Assembly (NCBI GenBank): GCA_051294375.1
Contig: CM119271.1
Location: forward strand, 1 to 64,000
From: Paraspadella gotoi
Lineage: Eukaryota; Animalia; Chaetognatha
Direction: 5' to 3'
Length of the DNA: 64,000 bases
Made by a program: the position numbers and the translations under genes. A model generated the notes under the pieces. It was not told the origin of the DNA, made no database searches, and saw only the letters and a list, made by a program, of their open reading frames with translations. This document shows, piece after piece, positions 1 through 12,677 of this stretch; positions within the stretch are counted from its first letter, which is position 1; every line of letters starts with the position of its first letter.

Positions 1-2244
1 AAAAAAAAAAACGCAAGCTAACACCGCGGGATGAGCATCACCTTCAGGCCTCCTCTCCCAACCCTAACCCTAAACCAATACCTCCCGTTCAAACTCTGCT
101 GCCTCTCCCCCTAACCCTAACCCGGGCCTGGCCTCCCGTACAATTCTCCATGCCTCAACCCTAACCCTAACGCCTTCTGATGCATCAACACGGGCCCCTC
201 CCCCAACCCTAACCCTAACCAACGGCTTCCGTATCTCAACTCTGTTGCCTCTCCCCTAACCCTAACCCAGGCTTCAGCCTCCGGTACATGCTCGTGCCTC
301 AACCCTAACCCTAACGCCTTCGATGCATCAACCACGGTGCCCCTCCCCCCAACCCTAACCCTGAAATATAAGCCTCCCGTTCAACTTCATGCCTCTCCCC
401 TAGCCCTAACCCCAGCCCAGCCTCCCGTAACATCTCCGTTGCCTCAACCCTAACCACCTTCGATGAATCAACCATGCGGTCCTCCCGCAACCCTAAACCC
501 TAAACAAGCCTCCCGTTCAAACTCCATGCCTCTCCCTAACCCTAAACCAGGCCCGGCCTCCCGTACATTCTCCGTACCTCACCCTAACCCTAATTTGCCT
601 GTCGATATATAACCCACGGGCCTCTCTCATCCCAGACCCTAACCCTAAACCGGGGCCCATGGCCTCCCGTACATCTCCGCTACCTCACCCTAACCCTAAT
701 TGCCTTCGATATATAACCCACGGGCCTCTCTCCCAACCCTAACCCTAAACCGGCCCAGGCCTCCCGTACATCGTCGTTGCCTCAAACCTTACCCTACGCG
801 GGCCTCTTTGTCTATCAACCAACACCCTCCCTACCCTATCCCTAAAATTGACATAATAATAAGCCTAAAATAAACTAACTTAACTCAACCCTAACCTAAC
901 CTAAACTACTCAACCTACCCTTAAACTACTCAACCCTAACCTAACTACATACCTAGGCGTTGATCGAATTTTGAGTTCGATTGACGCCACTTCCGCTTGC
1001 GCTACTCAACCCTAACCCTAAACCAACTCAACCTAAACCCTAACCCTAATCTGAGTTTATTTCATGGCGAAAATCGCCTATAAACTAGAACGCTAGATTG
1101 TAGTTCACGCTAAAATCGCCAAATGGGGTGGTGCGTCATGGCTAAAGTCCGCGATTTGGCGATATTCGCACTGAAACTACATCTAGCGTTCTAGTTATGG
1201 CGATGTTCGCCCTAAAATTAAACTCAGATTAGGGTTTAGGGTTAGGGTTTGAGTTGGTTTAGGGTTAGGGTATTGAGTACGGTAGTTAGTTAGGTTAGGT
1301 TGAATGTAGTTAGGGTTATGGTTGAGTATGGTTTCAGGTTAGGGTTAGGGCTTGAGTTAAGTTTTAAGTTTATTTTTAGGCTTTATTATTAATGTCAATT
1401 TTAGGGATACGGGGTAGGAGGCGTGTTGTTGATGACCAAGAGGCCCGCGTTAGGTTACGGGTTGAGGCGACTGGAGCATGTACGGCAGGCCCTGGCCCGG
1501 TTTAGCGGTAGGTTGGCAGAGAGGCCCGTGGGTTATATATCGAAGGGCAATTAGGGTTAGGTTGAGGTACGGAGACTGTACGCCGGAGGCCTGGGCCCGG
1601 GTATTTAGGGTAGGGTTGGGAGAGAGGCCCGTGGGTTATATATCGAAGAAGTTAGGGTTAGGGTTGCAAGGTTACGGAGATGTACGGGAGGCCGGGCTCT
1701 GCGTTATAGGGTTAGAGGAGAGCATGGAGTTGAACGGGAGGCTTGGTTTAGGTTAGGGTTGGAGGCGACCATGGTTGATGGCATCGAAGGCGCGTTACGG
1801 GTTGAGGCACGGAGTATGTACGGAGGCTGGCCTGGTGTTAGGGTTAGGGAGATGGCATGCGAGTTGAACGGTGAGGCCTAGTTTAGGGTAGGGTTGGGGG
1901 TGGCCCGTGTGTGTTGATTGCATCGAGCGCGGTTAGGGCTTAGGCCGTTGAGGACGAGATGTACGCGGAGGGCTGAGCCTGGCGTTAGGGTTAGGGGAGA
2001 AGGCACAGGCAGCTTGAACGGAGGCTTGTTTAAGGGTTAGGGTTGGGGGAGGGGCCGCGTGGTTGATGCATCAAAGGCGGTTAGGGTTCAGGGTTGAGCA
2101 TTGCGCAGATGTTACGGGAGGCCAGGCCCGGGTTAGGGTTAGGTGAGAGGCACAGAGCTGAACGGCGAGGTTTGCGTTTAGGCGTTAGGGTTGGAGAGGA
2201 GCCCCTTGAAGGTGATGCTCAGGCCCCGTGTTAGCTGCGTTTTT
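1..2244. repeat. Large inverted repeat (arms ~1-1124 and ~1154-2244) built from (CCCTAA)2/(TTAGGG)2 units interleaved with ~28-30-bp GC-rich spacers
   Basis: The start (aaaacgcaagctaacac...gagcatcaccttca) is the reverse complement of ~2205-2244 (tgaaggtgatgctc...gtgttagctgcgttttt). The inner arms meet at atcgccaaat/atttggcgat around a ~29-bp loop. Three spacer types recur cyclically. Confidence 0.9.
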
Positions 2245-2420
2245 CAATTATGATTCGCTACTTTTATCACTGGCGAGAGGTTCGCCCACAAGTGGCGGGA
2301 CTGGCGACATCGCCAAAGCTCCTGGCGATATCGCCATGGCGAACAACGTCCTGGCAACCAAACTAGAACCACACCTGCAAACTCGTGCGTGAATCGGCCG
2401 GCGACATCGCATTGTGAATG

Positions 2421-2495
2421 AACTACAACGTTAGGTTAAGTTAAAATGATTTTTAATCCGTTTAATAACGTTAACTGTAACGGTTATCGGAACAA
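2421..2495 (-). mobile_element. Degenerate end of the hAT-like family seen at 15932-17900
   Basis: ctacaacg..ggttaa..gttaaaa..gatttttaa.ccgtt..taacggtta resembles the reverse complement of 17810-17875. Confidence 0.4.
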
Positions 2496-3143
2496 CTCAA
2501 TTCTACCCCATTTAATATATCGTTTTAATTGATATATTAAAATTAAAAGAAAATCCTATTCTGGAAAAGGCCAATCCATCTGATATTTTTTATGAATTTT
2601 TATTACTGAATTAGAAAAATGTAAAAGAGAGATCATTTTAAATTTCAACTTTGTATCCTTCTGAAATGAAATGTTTTTAAACTTTAACCCTGAATTCGTT
2701 TCTCTAAACTGGAACGCGTTTGTCAAAATGTCCTCTCTATTACATTTTCTACCAAATCGTTTTTTAAGAATTCGTTAATCAAATTTATTAATTCAATTTA
2801 TTGCCATGTCGTTTCCTTTAGGCCCTGCAATCTTCAAAATCATGTGTTCATTGTTAGCTCCGAATTCTCGTCTTACCATCTTATTTAACTGTAAGATTTT
2901 TGTTTCTATGGGAAACTACCCACAGAGTAACGAGATTAATTGTTTAATTCTACCCTCTCTAAAACGTAACCCATACCCTGTGTTTTTTTAACTTCCTTAC
3001 TAGAATTTTTTAACAACCAGTTGAAAAAACAAAACTTCTTTAAATAAAATGTGCTTTACCTATTTAACTTCAATAACTTTTGTCGTATTTACCCATTTTA
3101 ACAAACAAAATGATCTATTTACAAAACAGAATGTTTACATCAT

Positions 3144-4000
3144 AAAACAAGTGTTTTGAGCAAACAATTTCGGACTGCTGCCTCCACGATCATTTATCGG
3201 TAATTAAATTAATTATTTAAGTATTAATAATTATATTTATTCAACGTTAATTATTTATTAATTACTTGCAATTAAATTGATCCAAAATGTTTGTTTTTGA
3301 TGATTAATTAATTGATTAATTAATTATTGATTAATTAATTATTGACTAATTAATTATTGATTAATTAATTATTGATTAATTAATTATTGATTAATTAGTC
3401 AATAATTAATTAATTGACTAATTGATTAATTAACTAATTAATTATTTGCTTAATTAATACATCTTGCATTTACCTTTAAATTAAAAAGAAAAAGAAGCAT
3501 AATCAATTAGTGGAACAGGTTCTTTGTTTTTTCCATTTAAACTCATTTCCACTCAAACGATTCCATCGAAACTTGATTTCCAGTTTAATTACACACTTTT
3601 CCACCCAAATACAAAATTTCAGGTAAATCGCCCCATCCACTCATGAGTAATTGGTGTTCAAATAGTGAACTATATTTTTTTGTTTTTTTCATTTAAACTC
3701 ATTTCCACTCGCACGATTCCATCGAAACTTCATATCCAGCTCAATCACACACTTCCCAACCCACACACAAAATTTCATTTCAATCCATCCATCCAATCAA
3801 GAGTAATTGGAGTTTTTTGCTAAGGTGGGACGGACGGACGGACAGACAGACAGACGGACATCGTTTTTTTTGCATAATTTATCATAATTGGATGTTCTGA
3901 CATGATATAAGTGACTGCCCGACAATATTGAGGGGGCGGACCGACGGACCGACAAAGTGAATTATAGAGTCGGGATCTGCTGAAAGCAGATCCGACTAAT
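3144..4000 (-). mobile_element. Helentron-associated non-autonomous element (HINE/DINE-1-like), family A
   Basis: One end aaaacaag..tttgagcaaacaa; other end hairpin gtcgggatctgc-tgaaa-gcagatccgac followed by A-run. Contains a (GACG/GACA)n microsatellite and an internal ~150-bp tandem duplication. Recurs several times in the window. Confidence 0.8.
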
Positions 4001-4147
4001 AAAAACTTATTTTTTTGTAATTACTGATGATTAAAATGTATTTCTCGATATATTAGCTCTAATACATCAATAATTATGTATTGTTATGCTGAATGACCTT
4101 TCCTCTTAAGTCTACGTCGTTCTTAGAGATCGAGGAAGACTTTTTCT

Positions 4148-4402
4148 AGAGATATTTTTCGAAAGAGTACCAAAGTAGTACCCAATAGTACCTAAGTAGT
4201 ACCCAAGAGAAGCAAAATCCCCCTTAAAACCCCTGCCTAATAGCCCCAACCATTCCCCTTTTTTAACAAACCTATAGAGATATTTTTTTGAAAGAGGTAC
4301 CAAGTAGTACCCAACTAGTACCTAAGTAGTACCCAAGAGAAGCAAAATCCCCCTTAAAACCCCTGCCTAATAGCCCCAACCATTCCCTTTTATTTAACAA
4401 AA
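4148..4402. repeat. Two tandem ~130-bp modules: inverted copy of the 67-bp satellite unit plus conserved ~48-bp core
   Basis: tagagatatttttcgaaagagtaccaaagtagtacccaa is the reverse complement of the adjacent array unit. Core aatcccccttaaaacccctgcctaatagccccaaccattcc at ~4215-4257 and ~4345-4387. Confidence 0.85.
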
Positions 4403-4459
4403 CCTTTTTGAAATTTGAGTGAAATCTCAAATTCTCTCGAAAAAATATATTCCTTACTT

Positions 4460-5495
4460 TACTCTGAATCTCTCGAAAAATATCTCTATATAGCATTTTT
4501 TTTCCTTGGGTACTGTTGGGTACTACTTTGGTACTCTCTCGAAAAAATATCTCTATATAGCATTTTTTCCTTGGGTACTGGTTGGTACTACTTGGTACTC
4601 TCTCGAAAAATATCTCTATATAGCATTTTTTTCCTTGGGTACTGGTTGGGTACTACTTGGGTACTCTCTCGAAAAAATATCTCTATATAGCATTTTTTTT
4701 CCTTGGGTACTGGTTGGGTACTACTTGGTACTCTCTCGAAAAAATATCTCTATATAGCATTTTTTTCCATTGGGTACTGGTTGGGTACTACTTGGTACTC
4801 TCTCGAAAAAATATCTCTATATAGCATTTTTTCCTTGGGTACTGGTTGGGTACTACTTGGGTACTCTCTCGAAAAATATCTCTATATAGCATTTTTTTCC
4901 TTGGGTACTGGTTGGGTACTACTTGGTACTCTCTCGAAAAAATATCTCTATATAGCATTTTTTTTCCTTGGTACTGGTTGGGTACTACTTGAGGTACTCT
5001 CTCGAAAAAATATCTCTTATATAGCATTTTTTTTCCTTGGGTACTGGTTGGGTACTACTTGGGTACTCTCTCGAAAAAATATCTCTATATAGCATTTTTT
5101 TCCTTGGGTACTGGTTGGGTACTACTTGGGTACTCTCTCGAAAAAATATCTCTATATAGCAATTTTTTTCCTTGGGTACTGGCTTGGGTACTACTTGGGT
5201 ACTTCTCGAAAAAAAATATCTCTATATAGTCATTTTTTTGATTTTTTTCCTTGGGTACTGGTTGGGTAACTACTTGGGTACTCTCTCGAAAAATATCTCT
5301 ATATAGCATTTTTTTCCTTGGGTACTGGTTGGGTACGACTTGGGTACTCTCTCGAAAAAATATCTCTATATAGCATTTTTTTTCCTTGGTACTGGTTGGG
5401 TTACTACTTGGGTACTCTCTCGAAAAATATCTCTATATAGCATTTTTTTTCCTTGGGTACTGGTTGGTACTACTTGGGTACTCTCTCGAAAAATA
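4460..5495 (+). repeat. ~67-bp tandem satellite, ~15 copies (G-type: 3x TTGGGTACT sub-repeats at 11-bp period)
   Basis: Unit ctctcgaaaaaatatctctatatagcatttttttccttgggtactggttgggtactacttgggtact read directly. Confidence 0.95.
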
Positions 5496-5514
5496 TTGTT
5501 AAATCAACAAAATC

Positions 5515-6100
5515 TCTGATTCGTTAATCAGCAAAATCTCTGATTCGTGAATCAGGATTTTATGATTCTTGAATCAGGATTTTATGATTCTTGAAGCAGG
5601 ATTTTATGATTCGTGAATCATGATTTTATGATTCGTGAATCTTGATTTTATGATTCGTGAATCATGATTTTATGATTCGTGAATCATGATTTTATGATTC
5701 GTGATCATGATTTTATGATTCGTGAATCATGATTTTATGATTCGTGAATCATGATTTTATGATTCGTGAATCATGATTTATGATTCGTGAATCATGATTT
5801 TTTGATTCGTGAATCATGATTTTATGATTCGTGAATCATGATTTTATGATTCGTGAATCATGATTTTATGATTCGTGAATCATGATTTTATGATTCGTGA
5901 ATCATGATTTTATGATTCGTGAATCATGATTTTATGATTCGTGAATCATGATTTTATGATTCGTGAATCATGATTTTATGATTCGTGAATCATGATTTTA
6001 TGATTCGTGAATCATGATTTTATGATTCGTGAATCATGATTTTATGATTCGTGAATCATGATTTATGATTCGTGATCATGATTTTATGATTCGTGAATCA
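5515..6100 (+). repeat. 22-bp tandem minisatellite with internal palindrome
   Basis: Unit catgattttatgattcgtgaat, containing tgattc-gt-gaatca. Confidence 0.95.
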
Positions 6101-6114
6101 AATAATTTTTTTGA

Positions 6115-6470
6115 TTAGTTACTCTAGTAGTACCCAGAGTGTACTCAAGAATCATTCACAAATTGTACCCAATGAGTACCCAAGTAGTACCCAGATAGTA
6201 TCCAAGGTTAATAATAAACATGGTACCCAAAGTGTACTCAAGAATATTTGTCCCAGTAGTACCCAGAGTGTACCCAAGAAATCATTCACGAATTGTACCC
6301 AATGAGTACCCAATGAGTACCCAAGTAGTACCCAAGGTTAATAATAAACACGATACCCAAGGTTACTCAAGAATATTTGTACCCAAGTAGTACCCAAGTA
6401 GTACCCAAGTAGTACCCACGAAGCAAATCCCCCTTTAACCCTGCCTTTTAGCCCCTCAACCATTCCCAGG
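6115..6470 (+). repeat. AGTACCCAA short-repeat cluster ending in third copy of conserved core
   Basis: Repeated agtacccaa, then gaagcaaatccccctttaaccctgccttttagcccctcaaccattcc at ~6420-6467. Confidence 0.85.
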
Positions 6471-9129
6471 GTAATTTTTCCTCTTTTTTTCTTATTTTTT
6501 CATTGAGTACACTTTGGGTACGAGATGGGTACACTTTTTGCTGATTTGGAAATAATTGTAAACCTGGCCTTCTTTAACGAGACCGCGTGATAGGTATTAT
6601 TTCAGGTTTGACCAAGTTAGATTTTAACTTATTTTTTCTTGACTACTTGTCTGACATTAACATTTTATGATCTGTCAGTTTTTTAAGAAGTTTTTGGTAG
6701 TAATAGCATACTTACCAGTCTTCTAGCATATTTAGGAAATTTTTTAAAAATTCATTTGAAGCAGTAAAAAATAAACTAATCTTTTGAAAATTGGTTATGA
6801 TTATAAAAGTAAAAATCGAGCAGATTCATTTTTTAGAGGGCTTATGATTTACTATATTAATATAAGTAAGTTCCGAAGTAACTTACTAGGGTAAAATTTA
6901 CCTTTGCTTTCCGGGGATTGGCGTCTTTTGAAAAATAATCTTAAAATAATTATTTTTAAAAAAATTATTACCTAATTACCCTAACCGATGAATCTCTTTT
7001 AACCCTAAACCCCTAACCCATTCTTAACCTAAACCCCCCTAACCCCAATAGGCGAAAGTAAACTTTTGGCGTTACGCCTTATGGTTTCATTACTTTTAAA
7101 AAAATGATACATCCGATAAAAATTATATTGCTTCCCCTTCCCCTATCAATTTTTTAGCATTTTTCGGGGTATCGATTGAAAGTTAAGACCAAGCAGATTT
7201 CAACTGTATTTATTTTATTTATCAATTTAAGCAAACTGTAAAGCATCAAAAGCTTTCTTAGGTCGAGCAAATAAACCACTTTTGCGTAACAAAAACTGAC
7301 GTGTTCGCGTATAAAAGTCCATATTTCCATTATTCTATTAATGAGAATTTTTATTTCTTGTCACGATGATACAATCGCATACATCAGCAACATAATAAAC
7401 CAAACAAATAATATTATAATTAAAAGGTTAAGTGAAGGAAAACTATCGAACGAGATTATTTCTATATTTCATGGAAATAAAAATTATTTTTCGTTTAATC
7501 GTTCATGACTTTTTTAAAAGTATGATAAATGTCAGGGTAACCAAAACATTCTATAAGGTGATGCTTTCCATCTATGTCAGCCAAGATCTTACGAATTCCA
7601 TTATTAATGCTACATTTAGTTGGTACATATCTTAACAACAAAGTCTTTAACTTCGCAATATCCTTTGAGTTTTTTGGCATCCATTGAAAACTAAGATCAT
7701 TAAAGTTTCTATTAAATGTTTTTCCGGTTTAATCTACATTTAACCATTCTCAAGTATTACAGGCCCAAATTTTTTTCAAAAATATCTCGAAGACCCTGTT
7801 TATAGTTTGATATAACGGATTTTGTGTTCTCGCTAGATGGTTAAAATTGCTTTAGTAATTTTGTAAACTTATTTTGTCTCCGCTTGACACATGTTAAGGA
7901 TTTAAAGCCGTGGTGTATGAAGGAAAGCTTTGTCATTGAAATTAGTCATATTTTTAAGGAGCTATTTAGTGATAGTACTAATATAGTTAATTTTGTATTT
8001 TTTTTTACTAGCATGTAAAAATGTTTAATGTATATATAATAATAATAATCATATTTTCATTTGTATTGTTATTGGAAAAGTTCTTCAAAATAAAATATTT
8101 CTTTATGGAAAATTGCTAAATTATTTATTTTTATTAAATTGTTTTATTTCAAACTTTTTTATCATATTTGTTCAATTATTACTGAATCTAATTCAATATT
8201 CAAAAATATTTAAATTAAATAATAACTATCAGGAATTCAAAGCTTGCTAAAAATTTGTGTTCATATTATTTTTCAGTCCATTGAATCATTTGATGTATTT
8301 ACAAGATTTTTTTGTCAGTTAATTCAATTCTTCAAAACGCAGTAGACTATAATCATGTGAAATATGGGTTTTACACCATCTTTCAAACATTTTCTGCTGA
8401 AAAAATCGACTGATTTGCTGATAATTAATGGGATAGATTTTAAATTTTTTTTAATGATTCTGAAGAATTGATAATTTTTTTTTCCATATACAGCTTTTAG
8501 CTGTTTTTCTAATGACGATATGTGGTGTCGTTTTCATCTTTAGTTAATTATTATCAAATATAGCCAAGAATGTAACAATCCTATTTTAATAAAATTAACT
8601 GTATATAAGAGATGTACTACAGGTGGTTTTTCATCAACTTGTATATGTTTCTGGAAATATTAAATCTATGTTTTCTTTTTAAAAAAAATATAAAGCCTTT
8701 AAATCTTGAATGTATTTTTTCTTTTTGAAAGTAAAATGTTGATTAGAAATTGATTTTAGATATTTTAAAATCTTTATTCAAACTTTACATCTGTACAAAA
8801 CTATAAGGTGGTCGAGAAATGATTTTAAAATTTTATCAGATTTATGATTTCTGTCTCAGAGGATTAGGTTAGCAAAAAGAAAATGAGATAATGGATCTTT
8901 AAATCAAGAAATTATTCTATCAAGATTAAATATCAGAGAATCTTTTGGGTTAAAGAATTAGGAATTTTAGTTAAAAGAACGATAATCTGAATTATGGAAT
9001 CATAGTAAACTATGACCAAAATTCAGATTGACAATTTAGAAAAAAATTAAAATTAATAAAAACTGAATATTTTTGATAGATAAGAATATTTATGTATTAT
9101 TTTATTTATATTTATCCTTGTTACTATAA

Positions 9130-10280
9130 CACAAATCCGAGATTTATGATTCGCAAATTCTAAAATTATGATACGCAAATCCTAAAATTATGATTCACAA
9201 ATCCGAAAATTATGATTCACAAATCGAAATTATGATTCACAAATCCGAAAATTATGATTCACAAATCCGAAAATTATGATTCACAAATCCGAAAAATTAT
9301 GATTCACAAATCCGAAAATTAATGATTCACAAATCCGAAATTATGATTCACAAATCCTAAAATTATGATTCAAATCCTAAAATTATGATTCACAAATCCT
9401 GAAATTATGATTCACAAATCCTAAAAATTATGATTCACAAATCCTAAATTTATGATTCCACAATCCAACAAATTATGATTTACAAATCCAAAAATTATGA
9501 TTTACAAATCCTAAATTATGATTCACAAATCCTAAAATTATGATTCACAAATCCTAAAATTATGATTCACAAATCTTAAAATTATGATTAACAAATCCTA
9601 AATTTATGATCACAATCCAAAATTTGATTCACAAATCCTAAATTGATTCACAAATCCTAAATTTGATTCACAAATTCCTAAATTTGATTCACAAATCCTA
9701 AAATTTATTGATTCGCAAATCCTAAATTTATGATTTGCAATCATAAATTTATGATTCGCAAATCCTAAATTTATGGATCGCAATCCTAAATTTATGATTC
9801 GCAAATCCTAAATTTATGATTCGCAAATCCTAAATTTAATGATTCGCAAATCCTAAATTTATGATTCGCAAATCCTAAATTTATGATTCGCAAATCCTAA
9901 ATTTTATGATTCGCAAATCCTAATTAATGATTCGCAAATCCTAAATTTATGATTCGCAAATCCTAAATTTATGATTCGCCAAATCCTAAATTTATGATTC
10001 GCAAATCCTAAATTTATGATTCGCAAATCCTAAATTTATGATTCGCAAAATCCTAAAATTATGATTCGCAAATCCTAAAATAATGATTCGGCAAATCCTA
10101 AAATTATGATTCGCAAATCTAAAATTATGATTCGCAAATCCTAAAATTATGATTCGCAAATCCTTAAAATATGATTCGCAAATCCCTAAAATTATGATTA
10201 ACAAATCCGAAATTTATGATCACAATCCTAAAATTATGATTCAAAATCCAAAAATTTTAGTAAAATTATGATTCACAAAT
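9130..10280 (+). repeat. 22-bp tandem minisatellite, paralog of 5515-6100
   Basis: Unit ttatgattc(a/g)caaatcctaaa(a/t) shares ttatgattc with the first 22-bp array. Variants are arranged in blocks along the array. Confidence 0.95.
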
Positions 10281-10294
10281 CTAGAAATTCTTAA

Positions 10295-10390
10295 TGAGTA
10301 CGCAACGAGTAACGCAATGAGTAGCAACGAGTACGCAAGAAAATTCTAAATCCCCTGTTAAACCCTGCCTTCTAGCCCCAACCATTCCAA
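10295..10390 (+). repeat. AGTACGCAA short repeats plus fourth copy of conserved core
   Basis: gagtacgcaa x4 (degenerate), then aaatcccctgttaaaccctgccttctagccccaaccattcc. Confidence 0.85.
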
Positions 10391-10449
10391 ATTTTTTTTT
10401 TTAATAAATGAAATTTTTGTTCAAAGTTTTAAAAATGGACTGGAAAAGC

Positions 10450-12465
10450 TCTAAAAAATCTCTCTATATGTGTACTTTTTTCACTTTGCCGTACTGATTG
10501 CGTACTGGCTGCGTACTCTCCAAAAAATCTCTCTATAGTGTACTTTTTTCACTTTGCCGTAACTGATTGCGTACTGGCTGCTGTACTCTCCAAAAAATCT
10601 CTCTATAGTGTACTTTTTTCACTTTGCGTAACTGATTGCGTACTGGCTGCGTACTCTCCAAAAAATCTCTCTATAGTGTACTTTTTTCACTTTGCGTACT
10701 GATTGCGTACTGGCTGCGTACTCTCCAAAAAATCTCTCTATAGTGTACTTTTTTCACTTTGCGTACTGATTGACGTACTGGCTGCCGTACTCTCCAAAAA
10801 TCTCTCTATAGTGTACTTTTTCACTTTGCGTACTGATTGCGTATGGCTGACGTACTCTCCAAAAAATCTCTCTATAGTGTACTTTTTTCACTTTGCGTAC
10901 TGATTGCGTACTGGCTTGCGTACTCTCCAAAAAATCTCTCTATAGTGTACTTTTTTTCACTTTGCGTACTGATTGCGTACTGGCTGCGTACTCTCCAAAA
11001 AATTCTCTATAGTGTACTTTTTTTCACTTTGCGTACTGATTGCCGTACTGCTGCGTACTCTCCAAAAAATCTCTCTATAGTGTACTTTTTTCACTTTGCG
11101 TACTGATTGCGTACTGGCTGCGTACTCTCCAAAAAATCTCTCTATAGTGTACTTTTTGTCACTTTGCGTACTGATTGCGTACTGGCTGCGTACTCTCCAA
11201 AAAATCTCTCTATAGTGTACTTTTTTCACTTTGCGTACTGATTGCGTACTGGCTGCGTACTCTCCAAAAAAATCTCTCTATAGTGTACTTTTTTCACTTT
11301 GCGTACTGATTGCGTACTGGCTGCGTACTCTCCAAAAAAATCTCTCTATAGTGTACTATTTTTCAACTTTGCGTACTGATTGCGTACTGCTGCGTACTCT
11401 CCAAAAAATCTCTCTATAAGTGTACTTTTTTCACTTGCGTACTGATTGCGTACTGGCTGCGTACTCTCCAAAAAATCTCTCTATAGTGTACTTTTTTCAC
11501 TTTGCGTACTGATTGCGTACTGGCTGCGTGACTCTCCAAAAATCTCTCTATAGTGTACTTTTTTCATCTTTGCGTACTGATTGCGTACTGGCTGCGTACT
11601 CTCCAAAAATCTCTCTATAGTGTACTTTTTTCACTTTGCGTACTGATTGCGTACTGCTGCGTACTCTCCAAAAAATCTCTCTATAGTGTATTTTTTCACT
11701 TTGCGTACTGATTGCGTACTGCTGCGTACTCTCCAAAAAATCTCTCTATAGTGTACTTTTTTCACTTTGCGTACTGATTGCGTACTGGCTGCGTACTCTC
11801 AAAAAATCTCTCTATAGATGTACTTTTTTCACTTGGCGTACTGATTGCGTACTGGCTGCGTTACTCTCCAAAAAATCTCTCTATAGTGTACTTTTTTCAC
11901 TTTGCGTACTGATTGCGTACTGGCTGCGTACTCTCCAAAAATCTCTCTATAGTGTATGTTACTTGGTCTTTCATCTTATTGCTCGCGTACTGATGTTGCG
12001 TACTGGCTGCGTACTCTCCAAAAATCTCTCTATAGTGTATCTTCTTTTCACTTTGCGTACTGATGCGTACTGGCTGCGTACTCTCCAAAAAATCTCTCTA
12101 TAGTGTACTTTTTTTCCACTTTGCGTACTGATTGCGTACTGGCTGCGTACTCTCCAAAAATCTCTCATAGTGTACTTTTTTCACTTTGCGTATCTGATTG
12201 CGTACTGGCTGCGTACTCTCCAAAAAATCTCTCTATAGTGTACTTTTTCACTTTGCGTACTGATTGCGTACTGGCTGCGTACTCTCCAAAAAATCCTCTA
12301 TAGTGTACTTTTTTCACTTGCGTACTGGATTGCGTACTGGCTGCGTACTCTCCAAAAATCTCTCTATAGTTACTTTTTCACTTTGCGTACTGAATTGCGT
12401 ACTGGCTGCGTACTCTCCAAAAAATCTCTCTATAGTGTACTTCTTAAACCTTGCGTACTGATCTT
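10450..12465 (+). repeat. 67-bp tandem satellite, ~30 copies (C-type: 3x TGCGTACT sub-repeats), paralog of 4460-5495
   Basis: Unit ctctccaaaaaatctctctatagtgtacttttttcactttgcgtactgattgcgtactggctgcgta. Period of 67 measured between 10681 and 10748. Confidence 0.95.
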
Positions 12466-12677
12466 ATATTAACGAGTACAAAATGTTTTAAACAATCGAG
12501 GAAGTACTTTCAATTGCGAGAACGATGTCGCAAAAATGACACCAAACCAATTATAAAACGCTCTCCTGCCAGTAGCCACCTTTCTAAAATTTGTTAAATT
12601 ATATTTCACGTAACCGATTGCGTACTCATGTGCTATGCTTTTTATGAGGTTTCCTTTTTTGAATTTTACGTCTACTT

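Noticed and set aside
57-830. CRISPR-like repeat-spacer appearance
   Set aside because: The repeat is the telomeric hexamer dimer, spacers recur cyclically, the context is eukaryotic and no cas genes are present.
830-1420. Telomere-telomere fusion site
   Set aside because: Polarity is CCCTAA then TTAGGG, opposite to a fusion, and the repeats are degenerate.
4112-12461. Many ORF-track ORFs over the satellite arrays
   Set aside because: They are translations of 67-bp and 22-bp tandem repeats, not codon-phased.
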